From Syntrophaceae bacterium UBA6252 (lineage in GTDB: Bacteria; Desulfobacterota; Syntrophia; Syntrophales; UBA6807): DNA of 64,000 nucleotides. Where the stretch lies: the NCBI GenBank assembly GCA_002441265.1, contig DJVQ01000022.1, positions 24,290 to 88,289 of the forward strand, given 5' to 3'. The notes under the pieces were generated by a model. It worked only from the letters and a program-made list of their open reading frames with translations. It was not told the DNA's origin and did not search any database. This document shows, piece by piece, positions 46,473 through 56,088 of this stretch. Both the position numbers and the translations under genes were made by a program. The stretch's first letter is position 1. Each line of letters starts with the position of its first letter.

Positions 46473-47069
46473 ATGAACGTGAAGAAAGCGATCGTCACCG
46501 GCCTTTTCGCATTGGCCTTCCTCTTTCCGCCCGCCGTCCTCCCGGCGGCGGCGGACGACATCACGGACGAGATCGGGCGCGGATTGAAGCAGTACGAGCA
46601 GGGCCGGTACACCCAGGCGTCGCAGGCCCTCGACACGGCGTCCCAGATGATCCGCCAGAAGCGGGGGGAACAGCTCAAGGGAATCCTTCCCGAACCCCTG
46701 GAAGGATGGACGGCGGACGAGCCCGACGTCCAGTCGGCGGGCGCGGCCCTCCTCGGCGGCGGGATCACCGTCGAGCGGGCCTACCACCGGGGAGAAGGTT
46801 CGGTGACGGTCACCGTCGTGGCGGAGTCCCCCATGGTCCAGGCCATGGCGGTCCTCTTCACGAATCCCATGCTCACCGCCTCGGGGGAGGGAAAGATCGA
46901 AAAAATCAAGGGCCGGACGGCCCTGGTGAAGTACGACCGCGAGGGCCGGTCGGGCTCCGTCCAGATCCTTGTGGACAACCGTATGCTGATCACCGCCGAG
47001 GGAAACGGCATCGATCTGGAAGACCTGAAACGCTACGCCGGCGCGGTGAAAGAGGAAAACCCCTCGTAG
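46473..47069 (+). CDS. hypothetical secreted protein
   Basis: An AGGAGA RBS precedes a signal peptide (MNVKKAIVTGLFALAFLFPPAVLPAAA). I recognise no family. Confidence 0.5.
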   Translation: MNVKKAIVTGLFALAFLFPPAVLPAAADDITDEIGRGLKQYEQGRYTQASQALDTASQMIRQKRGEQLKGILPEPLEGWTADEPDVQSAGAALLGGGITVERAYHRGEGSVTVTVVAESPMVQAMAVLFTNPMLTASGEGKIEKIKGRTALVKYDREGRSGSVQILVDNRMLITAEGNGIDLEDLKRYAGAVKEENPS

Positions 47070-47106
47070 GAAAGTCCCGCCAACGAACGTCATCCTCATA
47101 AAAAAA

Positions 47107-47134
47107 GGGGCGGGACCTTTTCAGGTCCCGCCCC
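47107..47134. terminator. bidirectional intrinsic terminator
   Basis: AAAAAAA-GGGGCGGGACC-TTTTCA-GGTCCCGCCCC lies between convergent genes. The A-run on the plus side serves as the T-run for the minus-strand gene. Confidence 0.6.
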
Positions 47135-47155
47135 GGTTCATCGGTTTCTCTTCGA

Positions 47156-49081
47156 TCAGTTGATTTCGATTTCCAGAACCGCTTTCGTCCTCATGTAGAT
47201 CCAGTACTGTTTCCCGTTTTCGATGGTCTGCAGTGTGTTGCTGCTGTAGTTGGGATAGTAGATCAGCCAGCGACCGCCTTCGAAGAGCCACACGCTCGTG
47301 TATTTGCCCTTGATCGATTCGAGGGCCCCGGCGATGTCCGCCCGGACCGGCGTGCCGATCATGGTGATGACGTTCCAGCCCTTGTTGAGGGAGTACTCGA
47401 CCGTGTCGTACTCTTCTTCCGTCGGGCTGACGGTGACGGAACAGCCGTCCGAGGACTGGAGTCCGCCGCGGTCGGTGACGGTGAGCTGGAATTCCAGGAC
47501 CGTGGCCGCCGTAACCTGGGGCGCCGTGAAGACCGGCGCGGCCGCCGTGGGATCGGACAGGACCACCGGGGCTCCCGAAAGCTGGGTCCACCGGTAGGAA
47601 GCGATTCCGTCATCGGGGTCGGAGGAATTGCCGCCGTTGAGCGTCACCACGTCCCCGCTGCCGGCCGCCTGATCCGTTCCCGCATCGGCCACGGGGGCTT
47701 CGTTCTTCCAGCTCACGTTCACGATGCAGTTGTCCTGGGATTTCAGGCCGCCCGCGTCGGTCACCGTCAGCTGGAACACCAGGGAGGCGCCTTCCATCGT
47801 GACATCGGGGGCGACGAAATAGGGCCGGGAGGAAGAGGCGTCGGACAGGGCCACGGGGATACCCGAGGTCTGCGTCCACCAGTAGGAGGAGATACCGTCG
47901 TCGGGGTCCTCGGACAGGGAGGCGTCGAGGGTGACCGTGTATCCTTCGTACACGCTCCGGTTGTCACCGGCATCGGCCACGGGAGGATCGTTCACCCAGG
48001 TGATGTTCACGATGCAGGTGTCCTTGGATTCCAGTCCGTCGGCGTCGCGGACGGTCAGCTGGAAGACCAGCGAAGCGCCGTCGAAGCTGACGAACGGGGC
48101 CTGGAACACCGGGGAGGAGGTTTCGGAATTGGACAGCTGGACCGAAGGTCCTTCCAGCTGGAGCCAGGAGTAGGAAAGGACGTCTCCGTCGGGATCGGTG
48201 GAGTTCTCGCCGCTCAGGGTCACTTCATCGTTCTCTTCCACCTGCTGATCCGGTCCCGCGTCGGCCTCGGGCGCACCGTTTTCGAGCATGAAGCTCACCG
48301 CGACCGCGTGGTTCGCCGTGACGTTGCTGAACGTGACGGACTCGGCATCGCCCTGGGACACCCCGTCCACGACCACGTTCGACACGCGGTATCCGATTTC
48401 CGGGGTCATCGTGAAGGTGGCGTCGTCTCCCTGGTTCACCGAAACAGCGCCGGAGGGGGAGATGATTCCGTTACCCGACGAAGAAGCCGTGATGGTCCAG
48501 GTGATCGGCGTGAAGACCGCCTGGATCGTGTGATCCGCCGCCACGGAGGAGAAGGTGTAGTAGGCAATGGCGCCCTGGGACACCCCGTCCACGACCACCT
48601 TCGAAACCATGTACCCCGTGCTCGGGGCGATGGCGTACGTCACGGAAGAGCCCTCGCTCACGACGGCCGTCCCCGAGGGAACCATGGTCCCGCTCCCCGA
48701 GGAAGAAGCCGTGATCGTGAAGGTCGACGGAACGGCGGCAGGAACCGTGTAGGCGACTTCATCCGAAAAATCGCTTTCCAGGCTGCTGGAATTGATGGCC
48801 GTCGCGGCGAAGTAATAGGTTTTCCCCGCCTCGAGGCCGCTCATGGTGATGCTCGTCGCCAGATTGCTTGTGAAAACATTCGACGTGTAGGCCCCGGACT
48901 GCAGGCCCTTGTAGATGCGGTATCCTGCAATGTCCGTTTCGCTGTTGGCGTTCCAGGTCAGTTGGACCTCGTCAGCGAAGGCTGAGAAACAAATGCATCC
49001 AATGATGAGAAGCAATGTCATCCCGGAAAGGATCCCTTTCAGGACGGATCGGGATTTTGATCTGAAAAATAAGTTTTTCAC
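47156..49081 (-). CDS. large secreted repeat protein (Fn3-like, two InlB-B-like repeats, three PKD-like repeats, unique C-terminal domain)
   Basis: The GTG start at 49081 has a perfect AGGAGG 7 nt upstream. The signal peptide ends in CFSAFA. The internal repeats are visible in the translation. Confidence 0.7.
   Translation of the reverse strand: MKNLFFRSKSRSVLKGILSGMTLLLIIGCICFSAFADEVQLTWNANSETDIAGYRIYKGLQSGAYTSNVFTSNLATSITMSGLEAGKTYYFAATAINSSSLESDFSDEVAYTVPAAVPSTFTITASSSGSGTMVPSGTAVVSEGSSVTYAIAPSTGYMVSKVVVDGVSQGAIAYYTFSSVAADHTIQAVFTPITWTITASSSGNGIISPSGAVSVNQGDDATFTMTPEIGYRVSNVVVDGVSQGDAESVTFSNVTANHAVAVSFMLENGAPEADAGPDQQVEENDEVTLSGENSTDPDGDVLSYSWLQLEGPSVQLSNSETSSPVFQAPFVSFDGASLVFQLTVRDADGLESKDTCIVNITWVNDPPVADAGDNRSVYEGYTVTLDASLSEDPDDGISSYWWTQTSGIPVALSDASSSRPYFVAPDVTMEGASLVFQLTVTDAGGLKSQDNCIVNVSWKNEAPVADAGTDQAAGSGDVVTLNGGNSSDPDDGIASYRWTQLSGAPVVLSDPTAAAPVFTAPQVTAATVLEFQLTVTDRGGLQSSDGCSVTVSPTEEEYDTVEYSLNKGWNVITMIGTPVRADIAGALESIKGKYTSVWLFEGGRWLIYYPNYSSNTLQTIENGKQYWIYMRTKAVLEIEIN
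47423..48280 (-). repeat. three tandem ~95-aa PKD-like coding repeats
   Basis: The unit is N.(A/P)P.ADAG.(D/N)(Q/R)....VTL....S.DPD(G/D).(L/I).SY.W(L/T)Q..G..V.LS....(S/A).P.F.AP.V....(L/V).FQLTV.D..GL.S.D.C.V.(I/V)(T/S). It occurs three times, at aa 292-387, 388-483 and 484-577 of the track ORF. Confidence 0.8.
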
Positions 49082-49779
49082 GGCGGAACCTCCTGGTTTT
49101 TCGATGCGACCAAGCAAAAGCAGCATCTGGAGGTGCCGCCGTTTGCCCGGCAACCCTGCTACCGTATCCTCGCTGAGGACTTAGGCCAGTGGCTTTGCGT
49201 CCCACCCTTTCGGATGGTTTGCCTTTTTCGAGACAAATCGTGATGCGTTTTCTGTTTTCAAAAAGCTTCAATGACCTTGCTTTTGCTTCCTTATAAGCAA
49301 ATAGGATGCCATGCAAAATTACTTTATGATTTCAGAAAGATAGAATTGGTCCGATTGCGTTTTCCATTGCAGGCGCACACTTTTCGGGAACCGGGCGGCG
49401 GCAGTCAGTCGATCTTCCTTCCGGTTAACGACGCCAACCAATTGTAGTTGTTATTCTTTATTTAAATTGTTCGGGGAGGGTTCCCACGGCGAATACCGGT
49501 TGGCAGTTGTACATCGATTACAATTTCGAAACTCCGGTGCAAGTTATGCAAGACGGAGGGATCGGCGGAAGGCGCCTTCCTTCCGCGGCGGGCGGCGGTG
49601 CCCGACGGCGGGGGAAAACCCGCCTCAGGAACCCGCGGTTCTAGCTGTTCCCGTCATGTCCGGGGGAACGGGCAAGCTTTTCGGAAAGGAAACAAACCCC
49701 GCTTCCGGGGTGGAGGTATGACATTTGCAGGACTTCAAGGCAGATGGCTCTATAAATTCGCAAACCGGGAGATTTTCCC

Positions 49780-50175
49780 ATGAACCGCATCCAGATGGAA
49801 ATCCCCTTTCTTCTTCTTTCTTTCCGGGTAAACACGGAGGGGGAGCTGGAAAAGAGGTTTCTCACGCCCTTCGGCCTGATCGACGTCATATTCAGGAAAA
49901 CCGGGGGAATCGATCATTCCAGGCATGTTTACGACATCGAGGTGGAAGGGGACACGGACAGCTGGGTGTCCGTCGAGCCCGTGGCCATCGATTTCAAGGA
50001 AGCCCTGTTGAAATTCATTATGGGAATTGTGGAAAAGGACCTGGGCAAGTACCGGGAACCGCTTCAATTCGAGAAACTCATCGTTCGGATCCGGGGAGCC
50101 GAAACGAATCTCAGCCTTCCTCCCGGCCCCGGAAGCGATTGCGACACCGATGGGGTCTTCCGCGACCTTTTATGA
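49780..50175 (+). CDS. hypothetical protein
   Basis: This is an open frame only. I recognise no family, and any RBS is weak. Confidence 0.3.
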   Translation: MNRIQMEIPFLLLSFRVNTEGELEKRFLTPFGLIDVIFRKTGGIDHSRHVYDIEVEGDTDSWVSVEPVAIDFKEALLKFIMGIVEKDLGKYREPLQFEKLIVRIRGAETNLSLPPGPGSDCDTDGVFRDLL

Positions 50176-51555
50176 GTCCCCGCCGGATGTCTTGTGTTTC
50201 CTCCAGCGGGCATGGGTGATACCGAGAACCTTGATCTTGTAGTTCAGCGCCCGCGGGGAAATCCCCAGGATTTTCGCCGCGTCTTTCTGAATCCAGAGGG
50301 ATTTTTCAAGGGCCTTCCGAATGAGCTCCTTCTCGTTGTCGGCGATCGAGGAGGGAATCACATCCTCCTCCCGGTTTTTTTCCGCGGGGGGACCCGCGAG
50401 AACGAGTTCGGGAAGAACGATGTTTTCCTTCTGGATGACGTCCCGTTCCTCGAGGATGATTGCCCGTTCGATGACGTTCGCCAGCTGGCGGATGTTTCCC
50501 GGCCAGGAGTAGGTTCGAAACAGCGACAGGGCTTCACCGGAGAAGCCCTTCACCCTCTTTTTCAGATTGCGCCCGATTCTGCCCATCAGATACAGGCTCA
50601 AGGGTTCGATGCATTCCCGCCGCTCCCGGATCGGGGGCAGGTTGACCCGCAGGACGTTGATCCGGTAATACAGGTCCTCCCGGAACTTGCCCTCCCGGAC
50701 CTGGTCCTCCAGGATGCGGTTCGTCGCGGCGATGACCCGCACGTCCGAATGAATCGTTTTGTTCCCCCCCACCCTCTCGAAGGCCTTTTCCTCCAGAAAT
50801 CGGAGGAGCTTGGACTGAAGCTGCAGGGGCATCTCCCCGATCTCGTCGAGGAACACCGTCCCGTTTTTCCCCTGTTCCAGCCTTCCGATCCTGGTCTTGT
50901 TCGCGCCGGTGAAGGAGCCCTTCTCATGGCCGAAAAGCTCGCTCTCCAGAAGATTCTCCGGAATGTTGGTGCAGTTGATCTTGATGAACGGGTGCTTCCT
51001 TCTCGAACTGTTGAAGTGGATGGCGCCGGCGAGGAAGCTTTTCCCCGTCCCCGTCTCCCCGGTCATCAGGATGGTCGAATCGGTCCGGGCGAATTTCTTG
51101 AGTGTCGAGATGGTCTGCTTCATGGCCGGGCTTTTCGCGATGATCCGGTCGAAATCGTAGATGATGTCCTGCTCCCTCCGGAGATAATCGATCTCGTCCC
51201 TCAGGTGCCGGTTCTCCATCGCCCTGGAGATGGAAAGCTGGATTTCCCCGGAATTGAAGGGCTGCGTCAGGAAATCGAAAGCGCCCTCCTTGACGGACCG
51301 GACGATGAGGCCCGTGTCCTCCCCCGTCCCGAGAATGATGACGGGGATATGGGGATGATTGTCCCCGATCACCTTCATCAGGGAGAGGTCCGCCTCCGAC
51401 CGCACCCGGAGAAACACGACGTCGTATTCCTCCCTCTGAAGACAGGCCTCCAGTTCCCCCTGAATGCATCCGCGGAGTTCATGATCGCCCTGAAGCGCCT
51501 TTCCCAGATCGCTGAACCATTTTCCATCGTCATGTATTACGAGAATCTTCGGCAT
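50170..51555 (-). CDS. sigma-54-dependent transcriptional activator (degenerate receiver, AAA+, Fis-type HTH), PrsR-like by context
   Basis: The AAA+ core has GETGTGKS, GAFTGA replaced by GSFTGA, and ESELFGHEKG. The C-terminal HTH is AAKILGISPRALNYKIK. It is divergent from the PrsT-like gene. Confidence 0.9.
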   Translation of the reverse strand: MPKILVIHDDGKWFSDLGKALQGDHELRGCIQGELEACLQREEYDVVFLRVRSEADLSLMKVIGDNHPHIPVIILGTGEDTGLIVRSVKEGAFDFLTQPFNSGEIQLSISRAMENRHLRDEIDYLRREQDIIYDFDRIIAKSPAMKQTISTLKKFARTDSTILMTGETGTGKSFLAGAIHFNSSRRKHPFIKINCTNIPENLLESELFGHEKGSFTGANKTRIGRLEQGKNGTVFLDEIGEMPLQLQSKLLRFLEEKAFERVGGNKTIHSDVRVIAATNRILEDQVREGKFREDLYYRINVLRVNLPPIRERRECIEPLSLYLMGRIGRNLKKRVKGFSGEALSLFRTYSWPGNIRQLANVIERAIILEERDVIQKENIVLPELVLAGPPAEKNREEDVIPSSIADNEKELIRKALEKSLWIQKDAAKILGISPRALNYKIKVLGITHARWRKHKTSGGDS

Positions 51556-51749
51556 GATCCACCTTGTCCGGATGATCCGTCGTCTCCCGCCGGCACCAAG
51601 GGCAAAACCGCGGGGAGGTCACTGACTGTCTCAATGTACCAGCAATCCCGCTGGAAAACCACCGTTTTCCGGACCGGGCCCGCCGCGGGTCTTCCGGTCC
51701 TCCGATATTCGTGGAATTGTTTGCATAAGTATGTTACACAACGAAAAAT

Positions 51750-54068
51750 ATGTCAAAGGAGGCATGCTCCGTGAAAGCTGGAAAATATTACATTCTTATT
51801 GCGATTTTATCAATCGTTTTCATCGGCTGCGGAACTTCCGAGACAAAAAAAATGAAATTTTATAATACCGGCGAACAGCTCTACCAGAAGGGGGACTACG
51901 AAAAGGCCGCCCGGAACTTCGCCAACGCGGCCATGGTGGATCCGAATTTCGCCGAGGCTTATGAAAAACTGGGTCTGTCCCTCTACCGAATGACCAGGAT
52001 CCGGGAAGCGTACGGGGCCTTCGAGAAGGCGGTGGAACTCAAACCGGGACTCCTGGACGCCCAGGTCCATCTGGGGAAGATCCTGCTTCTTGCCGGGAAA
52101 AAGGACGAAGCCCTGGCGAAGGCGGACCTCGTCCTGGCGGCGAGGCAGGGGGACGGGGAGGCACTGCTGCTGCGGGCGGCAAGCCTCGCGGCCCTCGGGA
52201 AGACGAACGAGGCCCTGGGCATCCTAGAAGGCCTGGTTTCGAAGGACCCAAAAAATGTAGAAGTCCTCTTTCTCATGAGCAAGATCCAGATGGACACCGG
52301 GGACGAGGCCGCAGCGGAGCGGACCCTGAGGAACCTCATCGCCAATGACGGCGGAAACGTCGCCGCCAGGCTCGCCGTCGCGAGGCTCCTGGAAAAGAAC
52401 GGAAGGATGGACGAAGCGGAAAGCGAGTATCAGGCCATCGCCGGCCTGTCCCCGGGGGATGACAAGTACAAGCTGCTTCTCGTCGGCTTTTACGAACGGG
52501 CGGGAAAATCCGAGGACGGCGAGCGGGTCCTGAAGGAACTCGTGGCGGCCCATCCCGACCGGACGGAATACCGGATCTATCTCGCCAGTTTCTACAGCGG
52601 GAGGAAACAGGAGGCGGAGATGCGGCAGGTCCTCGAAAAGACGATCCAGGACCTTCCGAAGGAATACGAACCCTACCAGATGCTCGCCGCTCACGAGATG
52701 GAAAAGAAGGAACGGGGGAAGGCCGCCCAGTTGATGGAACAGTTCATGGGCATCGTTCCCTACGGGCCGGAGCATCTCAAGGCGAAGATCTTCCTCGCCG
52801 CCATCTATTCCCAGGACGGGAAAATGGACCAGACGAAACGCCTCGTGGAGGAAGTGCTGAAGGAAAATCCCCGGGACGTCGCGGCCCACCGGATGAAGGG
52901 CGACCTCCTGCTCACGGAGAAGGATTTCCCCGGCGCCATTGCCGAGTACCGCCTCGTCCGCCAGGAACTCCCGGACGACATCCGGGCCACGCTGGCCCTC
53001 GCAAGGGCGCACCTTCTGAACGGGGAACAGACCCTGGCGGAGGACATGTACAAGGATGCCCTGAAAATCGATCCCTCGTCCCGGGAAGCACTGAACATGC
53101 TCGGCGATATCGCCATCGCGAAGAAGGACTACCGGTCGGCGGACGAATACGCCGAGAAGATCCTTGTGCTCGATCCCGCCTCGGCCCATCCTCTATATAG
53201 AAAGGGCGTCGTTCTGGCCCTCCAGGGAAAGGATGACGAGGCCCTGCCGCTCTTCGAGAAGGCGCTCGCCGTGGACCCCGGTTTCTCGCCGGCCATGGTC
53301 CAGCTCACGGGGCTCCTCATCCGGAAGCAGAAAGACGTCAAAGGCGCGATCCGCCGGGTAGAGGAACAGATCAAGAAGACCCCGGAAAACGCCGACTATC
53401 CCCTCCTGCTGGCGGAACTGCTCGTCAGGAACGGGGAAAGCGGAAAAGCCCGGCAGGTGCTTTCCCAGGCGGCGGAGAAACGTCCCAACGTCCTGACATA
53501 CCGGGTCCGCCTCGCCGACCTGGACCGGATGGAGGGAAAACGCGACAAGGCCGTCGAGGCCTACGCGGCGATTCTGAAGGGAAACCCCGGCAACCAGTCG
53601 GTTTCCATGGCCCTGGCCTCCCTGTACGAGGAAATGGGGGACTTCGACAAGGCCGGGAAACTTTACGAGGACATGCTGTCCCGGAACCCGGAAGACGGCA
53701 TCGCGGCGAACAATCTCGCCTTCTTCTACGCCGAGCACGCCCCCGCGCCGGAGAACCTGGAAAAGGCGGAGAAACTGCTGACCCCCTTCTTCGAGAAGAA
53801 CAGGGGAGCCCCTGCGATCGCCGACACCATGGCCTGGATCAAATTCCGTAAGGGCGATTACGAGAAGGCACGGGTCCTGCTGGAGGAAAGCGCGGGCACG
53901 GGCGGAGAGATGTCCCCCCCGATGGCGTATCACCTGGGGATGACCCTGTCCCGTCTGGGGAATAAGGAAAAGGCCGTCGATTACCTGGCGAAAGCCGTGA
54001 ACAGCGGCACAAACTTCCCCGGAAAAGGGGAAGCGGAAAAGACGCTGAAGGAGCTGAAATCGAAATGA
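51750..54068 (+). CDS. prsT: TPR-repeat lipoprotein, PEP-CTERM system PrsT-like
   Basis: The lipobox is IVFIGC and the body is TPR throughout. It heads the EPS export cluster. The likely true start is the GTG at 51771, which has AAGGAGG 8 nt upstream. Confidence 0.7.
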   Translation: MSKEACSVKAGKYYILIAILSIVFIGCGTSETKKMKFYNTGEQLYQKGDYEKAARNFANAAMVDPNFAEAYEKLGLSLYRMTRIREAYGAFEKAVELKPGLLDAQVHLGKILLLAGKKDEALAKADLVLAARQGDGEALLLRAASLAALGKTNEALGILEGLVSKDPKNVEVLFLMSKIQMDTGDEAAAERTLRNLIANDGGNVAARLAVARLLEKNGRMDEAESEYQAIAGLSPGDDKYKLLLVGFYERAGKSEDGERVLKELVAAHPDRTEYRIYLASFYSGRKQEAEMRQVLEKTIQDLPKEYEPYQMLAAHEMEKKERGKAAQLMEQFMGIVPYGPEHLKAKIFLAAIYSQDGKMDQTKRLVEEVLKENPRDVAAHRMKGDLLLTEKDFPGAIAEYRLVRQELPDDIRATLALARAHLLNGEQTLAEDMYKDALKIDPSSREALNMLGDIAIAKKDYRSADEYAEKILVLDPASAHPLYRKGVVLALQGKDDEALPLFEKALAVDPGFSPAMVQLTGLLIRKQKDVKGAIRRVEEQIKKTPENADYPLLLAELLVRNGESGKARQVLSQAAEKRPNVLTYRVRLADLDRMEGKRDKAVEAYAAILKGNPGNQSVSMALASLYEEMGDFDKAGKLYEDMLSRNPEDGIAANNLAFFYAEHAPAPENLEKAEKLLTPFFEKNRGAPAIADTMAWIKFRKGDYEKARVLLEESAGTGGEMSPPMAYHLGMTLSRLGNKEKAVDYLAKAVNSGTNFPGKGEAEKTLKELKSK

Positions 54069-54625
54069 ACAAAGGATCTTTCATCGCTTTTTCCCTGATC
54101 CTCATTCTCCTCGCGTTTCCGGGGTCTCTCCCGGCGGAGGAAGGGGCCTACCGGATCGGGCCGGGGGACGAAATCGAGATATCGGTCTGGAAAGACACGA
54201 ACCTGACCCGGCAGATCGTCGTCCCGCCGGACGGCATCATCACCTTCCCCCTCATCGGAGACGTGGACACGAAAACCCTCACCATCTCCGACCTCCGGAA
54301 GACCGTCACGGAAAAGCTCGGCACCTATATCAAGACCCCATCCGTCACCGTCATCCTGGTCAAGCCCAACAGCCTGATCGCATACGTGGTGGGAAAGGTG
54401 AACAAGCCCGGCCAGTATGCCATCAACATGGACACCACGGTACTCCAGATCCTCGCCATGGCCCAGGACCTGAATCCTTTCGCTTCGGCCGGCAGCATCA
54501 CCATCCTGAGAAAGGAAAACGGCGAAACGAAAACGATCCCCTTCGACTACAACGAGGTCAAAAAGGGGAAAAACCTGCAGCAGAACATCGTCTTGAAACG
54601 GGGGGACGTGGTCATCGTACCGTAG
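54065..54625 (+). CDS. polysaccharide export protein (Wza/EpsE-like periplasmic component)
   Basis: It has a signal peptide, the motif YRIGPGDEIEISVW, the soluble-ligand-binding segment GEVNKPG-type (GKVNKPGQY), and VVIVP at the C-terminus. Confidence 0.85.
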   Translation: MNKGSFIAFSLILILLAFPGSLPAEEGAYRIGPGDEIEISVWKDTNLTRQIVVPPDGIITFPLIGDVDTKTLTISDLRKTVTEKLGTYIKTPSVTVILVKPNSLIAYVVGKVNKPGQYAINMDTTVLQILAMAQDLNPFASAGSITILRKENGETKTIPFDYNEVKKGKNLQQNIVLKRGDVVIVP

Positions 54626-54794
54626 AAAACCGGCGAAGGCCTGAAGAAACAAACGGGGGGAAAACCATTTCAGCCGCCGCGCCGGCGCGGTTCCTCCCCC
54701 GGGCTGTCCCCGGGGAGGCCGGGTTCCGGCACCGGCGGGAACGACAGGAAAGATTCCGGCTTGTATCCAAGCCGTCAGAAAGGAGGGGTCCGGA

Positions 54795-55958
54795 ATGGGG
54801 AAAAACATTGCCATCGCGCTGGCGCTTTCGATTTTCATCCTGAGCCCGGCGGTTCTCATGGGAGCGGACGTCACGTTGACGCCGTCCGTGAGCCTGAAGG
54901 GAGAATATAACGACAACATCAACTACACGGCGGAAGACAAAAAAGGAGATTACATCGGCTCCGTCGCGCCGGGACTGAAACTGGAATATGAGACTCCCCG
55001 TTTTTCCATGAAAACGGAAGGGAAGGCGGAGATTTTGAGATACCTTGACGTTACGGAGAACAACACGGAGAAGTACAACGTCTCTCTCGACGGAAACTAC
55101 CGGTATCTCGAACAGTCGAACCTGTTCGGACAGGCCTCGTTCGTCCGCGACACGACCCTGGACCAGGAATTCGACGAAACCGGGCTCGCCAGGAAAAGGG
55201 TCAATCGGAACGCCTACACCGGGGGGCTGGGGTTCCTCCATTATTTCACCGCGAACGTATCCGCCGGTCTCGCCTACCAGTACCAGCGGAAGGACTATTC
55301 CGGAGATTTCTACACGGACAGCTACGGCCACGACATCGCCGGCCGTCTCGACTATGTCTTCAACGACGGCATCGACACGGTATCCCTGCAACCCATGTTT
55401 GCGACCATGCGTTCGGACCTGATCCGGGTCAACCAGTACGGCACCGCCCTCGGCCTCACGCACCGGGTTTCGGACACCGTGGAGGTCTCCATAAAGGGCG
55501 GGGCGGTTTATTCCGAGACCACCGACAGGGAAAACGAAGGGGAAGGGGACAAGACCGGATGGGGCTGGGTCGCCGAGGCGGGACTGAAGAAGCAATGGGA
55601 AACCTTTTCCCTTTCCTTCAATTATTCCCGGCAGGACATGCTCGACTCCTCCTCGTCCTTCGTGACGGTGAACCGGTTCCTCCTTTCGGCCCGATACGAC
55701 CTGACGGAACGGCTTTCCCTGGATCTGGCGGGCGGGCTCTACTTCACCAGGTCCTCCGATGTCCTGGAGAAGGACGAAACGGACGAGCGGTCGTTCTATG
55801 TCCAGCCGAAAATAAGTTATCGGTTCACGGAAAACATCCGCCTGGATCTCGCCTATTCTTACTCGAAGACGAAGGACCGCCTGCGCGAGGAGAACGACGC
55901 GTGGGACCGGAACCAGGTCTGGTTTCTTCTCACGTTCGAGTTCCCGAAGAAACTGTGA
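54795..55958 (+). CDS. outer-membrane beta-barrel protein of PEP-CTERM-type EPS loci
   Basis: It has a signal peptide and alternating-hydrophobic strands, with a C-terminal aromatic (LLTFEFPKKL). Position supports the assignment. Confidence 0.55.
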   Translation: MGKNIAIALALSIFILSPAVLMGADVTLTPSVSLKGEYNDNINYTAEDKKGDYIGSVAPGLKLEYETPRFSMKTEGKAEILRYLDVTENNTEKYNVSLDGNYRYLEQSNLFGQASFVRDTTLDQEFDETGLARKRVNRNAYTGGLGFLHYFTANVSAGLAYQYQRKDYSGDFYTDSYGHDIAGRLDYVFNDGIDTVSLQPMFATMRSDLIRVNQYGTALGLTHRVSDTVEVSIKGGAVYSETTDRENEGEGDKTGWGWVAEAGLKKQWETFSLSFNYSRQDMLDSSSSFVTVNRFLLSARYDLTERLSLDLAGGLYFTRSSDVLEKDETDERSFYVQPKISYRFTENIRLDLAYSYSKTKDRLREENDAWDRNQVWFLLTFEFPKKL

Positions 55959-56088
55959 GGCACAGCGGGCACGATCCTTGCTAACACCTGCTTAAAGCGA
56001 AAAGGGGCTCGGGCGCACCCCGGCGGGGGTGCCGGAGGAAGAGCCGGCCCCGATCGAAAGAAATCATTCAGAAGGGTTGCAGACGACC

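Noticed and set aside
49154-49779. AT-richer 600-nt region, scanned for tRNA, a mobile-element end or a sigma-54 promoter
   Set aside because: I could trace no cloverleaf, terminal inverted repeats or correctly spaced GG-N10-GC element. It is probably just the promoter/5' UTR region of the two divergent genes.
51712-51727. TGGAATTGTTTGCAT upstream of the PrsT-like gene, which at first glance looks like a sigma-54 -24/-12 promoter
   Set aside because: Counting gives GG-N8-GC rather than the strictly conserved GG-N10-GC spacing.
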